From positions 155,870,001 to 155,934,000 of the forward strand of contig CM059431.1 in the NCBI GenBank assembly GCA_030390025.1: a DNA stretch of 64,000 nt, read 5' to 3'. A program made the position numbers and the translations under genes. This stretch comes from Squalus acanthias (Eukaryota). The notes below the pieces were generated by a model that ran no database searches, was not told where the DNA came from, and saw only the letters and a list, made by a program, of their open reading frames with translations. This document shows positions 61,044 to 64,000 of this stretch, in pieces (position 1 is the stretch's first letter; each line of letters begins with the position of its first letter).

Positions 61044-63980
61044 GCTAGTACCTCCTCCCTCTCAATACTAATTTGTTCAAGTATAGCACAATCCCCCTGC
61101 CTGATTTCTATGCCTACACCGTCCTTCTCCATAGTGAACACAGATGCAGAATATTCATTTAAAACCTCACCTACATCTTCCGGCTCTACGCACATCTTGC
61201 CACTTTGGTCCCTAAAGGGCCAGTCCCTTTCCCTGGTTATCCTCTTGCCCTTAATATACTTATAAAACACCTTGGGATTTTACTTTATTTTGCACAGCAA
61301 TGATTTTTTCATGCCCCCTCTTCGCTCTCATAATTTATTTTTTAAGTACCCCCCTGCACTTTCTATACTCCTCTAGGGCTTCCACTGTTTTTAGTCCTTT
61401 GTATCTGCCATAAGCCTACCTTCTTTTTTTGATCCATTCTTGTATATCCCTTGACATCCAGGGTTCCCTGTGTTTGTTGGTCCCTCCCTTCACCTTTATG
61501 GGAACATGTTGGCGTTGTACTCTCTCTTTTTTCTTTCTGAAAGACTCACACTGCTCTGATGAGGCTTTACCTACAAGTAGCAAATCCCAGTCCACTTTGG
61601 CCAGATCCTGCCTTATCATATTAAAATCGGCCTTCCCCCAATTTAGAAACATAATTTCCGGTACATCTTTGTCCTTTTCCATGACCACCTTATATCTCAA
61701 CGAATTATGGTCACTGTCACCAAAATGCTCTCCTACTGACAATTCTACCACTTGCCCGGTTACATTCACTAGAATTCGGTCCCACTCTCTTGTAGGACTT
61801 TCTACATGCTGACTCAAAAAGCTCTGCTGGATTCACTTTAAGAATTCCGCACCTTCTAAGCCGTTCACACTCTGACTATCCCAGTTAATATTGGGGAATT
61901 TGAAATCCCCTACTATTATTACCATATTATTTCTACACTTCTTTGAGATTTTCCTACATATCTGTTCCTCTATCTCCCCCTGACTGTTTGAGTCATATAG
62001 AATACTCGCGGGAAAGTGTTTGCCCCCATTTTGTTTTTAAGTTCTACCCATATGGCCTCATTAGAGTAAACTGCTAAGATATCATCCTTCCTTACAGCAG
62101 CAATTGACTCCATGATTAATATTGCGATACCCCCTCCTCTTTTACACCCCCTCTGTCTCGCCTGAAGATTCTATACCCCGGAATATTGAGCTGCAAGTCC
62201 TGCCCCTCCCTCAACCATGTCTCTGTGATAGCAACAATATCATACTCCCATGTGTTCATCAACACCTTTAATTCATCTCCCATACTCACAAGACTCCATG
62301 CATTAAAATAAATGCCATCCAGCCTTGCCATACTCTCTTGTGCCGTTACATATTTGCTCTGCCTTCCAGGCTGACTTGTTTTTCCTCTGTATTTGGTTGT
62401 GCATCAACCCCTACTATAGATCCACTCTTTATTCCCATCCTCCTGCCAAGTCAGTTTAAGCACCCCCCAAAATACTAGCAAACGATCTCGCAAGAATGAT
62501 GGTCCAGTTCCGGTTCAGTTGCAACGCGTCTGACTTGTACAGGTCCCACCTTCCCCAGAAGCAGATCCAGTGATTCAGGAAACTAAAGCCCTCCCTCCTT
62601 CACCAACTCTTCAGCCATGCATTTCTATGCTCTATCCTCCTATTCCTATACTCGCTAGAAAGTGGCACCGGAGTGAACCAGAGATTCAAACTTTGAGGTC
62701 CTGCTTTTTAATCTGCTACCTAGCTCCCTAAATTATTGTTGCAGGACCTCATCCCTCTTTCTACCTATGTCGTTGATACCAATGTGAACCACGACCTATG
62801 ACTGTTCGCCCTCCCCCTTCAGAATGCCCTGCAGCCATTCAGTGACATCCATGACCTTGGCACCAGTGAAGCAACATACCATCCTGGAGTCGAGTCTGTG
62901 GCCACAGAAACGTCTATCTGTTCCCCTTACGATAGATTACCCTATCACTATTGCTTTCCCACTCTTTTTCCTCCCCTCCTGTGCAGCTGAGCCACTCGTA
63001 GTGCCACGGACTTGGCTCCTGCTGCTGTCCCCAGAGAAACCATCTCCCCCAGCAGTATCCAAAATTGAAAATCTGTTGGAAAGGGAGTTGGACCCAGGGG
63101 ACTCCTGCACTACCTTCCTAGGTCTTTTACTCTGTCTGGCGATCACCGATTTACTGTCTGCCTGTGCATTCTTTACCTGCGATGTGACCACCTCGTTAAA
63201 CGTGCTATCTACGAAGATCTCAGCTTCGCGGATCCTCACAGTGACTCCAGCCGCAGCTCCAGCTTCGAAACGCGGATTTCGAGTAGCTGCAGCCGGAGAC
63301 ACTTCCTGCAGAAATGATCGCCCTGAACACCTAAAGTGTCCCTGACTTCCCACACAGCACAGGAGGAGCTCACCACGGTGCTGAGCTGCCCTGCCATGTC
63401 ATACCCTTAATTTACTCACATTACTTCCTTTAAATTGAAGAATATTAAATACACTAGGGTCCTTACGTCCCTTTAAACACTACTTACTCTAAACTAGAGT
63501 CCTTCTTTCACTTTAACGACTGGACTGTAGAAATACTCATTATGGTCCTACTTACCAATCAGCTCCTTCCCTGGTTGTGACGTCACTTTTGCGGTTTCGC
63601 AGTTGTTGTATGACGACTCCGGCTCGGACTCTTTCCTTGTTGTAAAGTAAGAACCACTTCCTAACGGGTGAAAAATTAGGTAAAACTAAGGCTAAGCAAT
63701 GGAGCTCCTCCTTCCACTCCTCACCTAACTCGCTGACTCACCCAACTCACAGCACTCTGTTTAAACCGCACTTAGTGCAAACTCGAACTTCAAAGCCTTT
63801 TTTTATAGGTCCTGAAACAAAGGAGACTTGCTGAGCCCAGCTGCAGGAGAACCAGTTTAATCTCGTTTCCCAAATTAACTGCCTTCAGCTGTTCTGAAAT
63901 GTAGGCCTTGTATAGCCCTTTATAACCTTGCTTAAAGCTGGGAAATTTAGATTTTAAACAGTAAACAGTAACAGTAAATA
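61044..63980 (-). mobile_element. CR1, same subfamily as 36073-40510 (5'UTR, ORF1, endonuclease; RT missing)
   Basis: Collinear with 37660-40450, including the 5'UTR (acagtaaacagtaacagtaaat). Confidence 0.95.
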
Positions 63981-64000
63981 GGACAGCCCTCTCAATCCCA

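Noticed and set aside
1..64000. CRISPR arrays, retrons, DGRs or prokaryotic operons
   Set aside because: All RTs are APE-type non-LTR retrotransposons in a spliced, vertebrate-like context; no repeat-spacer array was seen.

Overview
Eukaryotic, repeat-dense window, most likely from a cartilaginous fish (shark/ray-type CR1, L2, DeuSINE and Penelope repeats; inferred, not searched). Most of it is decayed, heavily nested non-LTR retrotransposons. One host gene runs on the minus strand as small exons in very large introns: a candidate 36-nt micro-exon (40887-40922), two exons encoding a CARD-like death-fold domain (21482-21648, 10710-10875) and a 552-nt low-complexity linker exon (1796-2347). It probably continues past the left edge and resembles the N-terminus of chondrichthyan NLR-type genes. 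A stop-ridden paralogue of the linker exon lies upstream of the CARD exons. The most unusual element is a second LINE family (46248-49475, 15549-18025, 60529-61043). Its APE-endonuclease/RT ORF follows a tRNA-like A/B-box head directly, with no ORF1, no in-frame AUG and almost no Pol III terminator T-runs. SINEs made of only its head and tail are also present (2575-2990, 31020-31430). This suggests a Pol III-driven, protein-coding retroposon with internally deleted SINE derivatives (hypothesis). Repeat boundaries are approximate; splice coordinates were read by eye.
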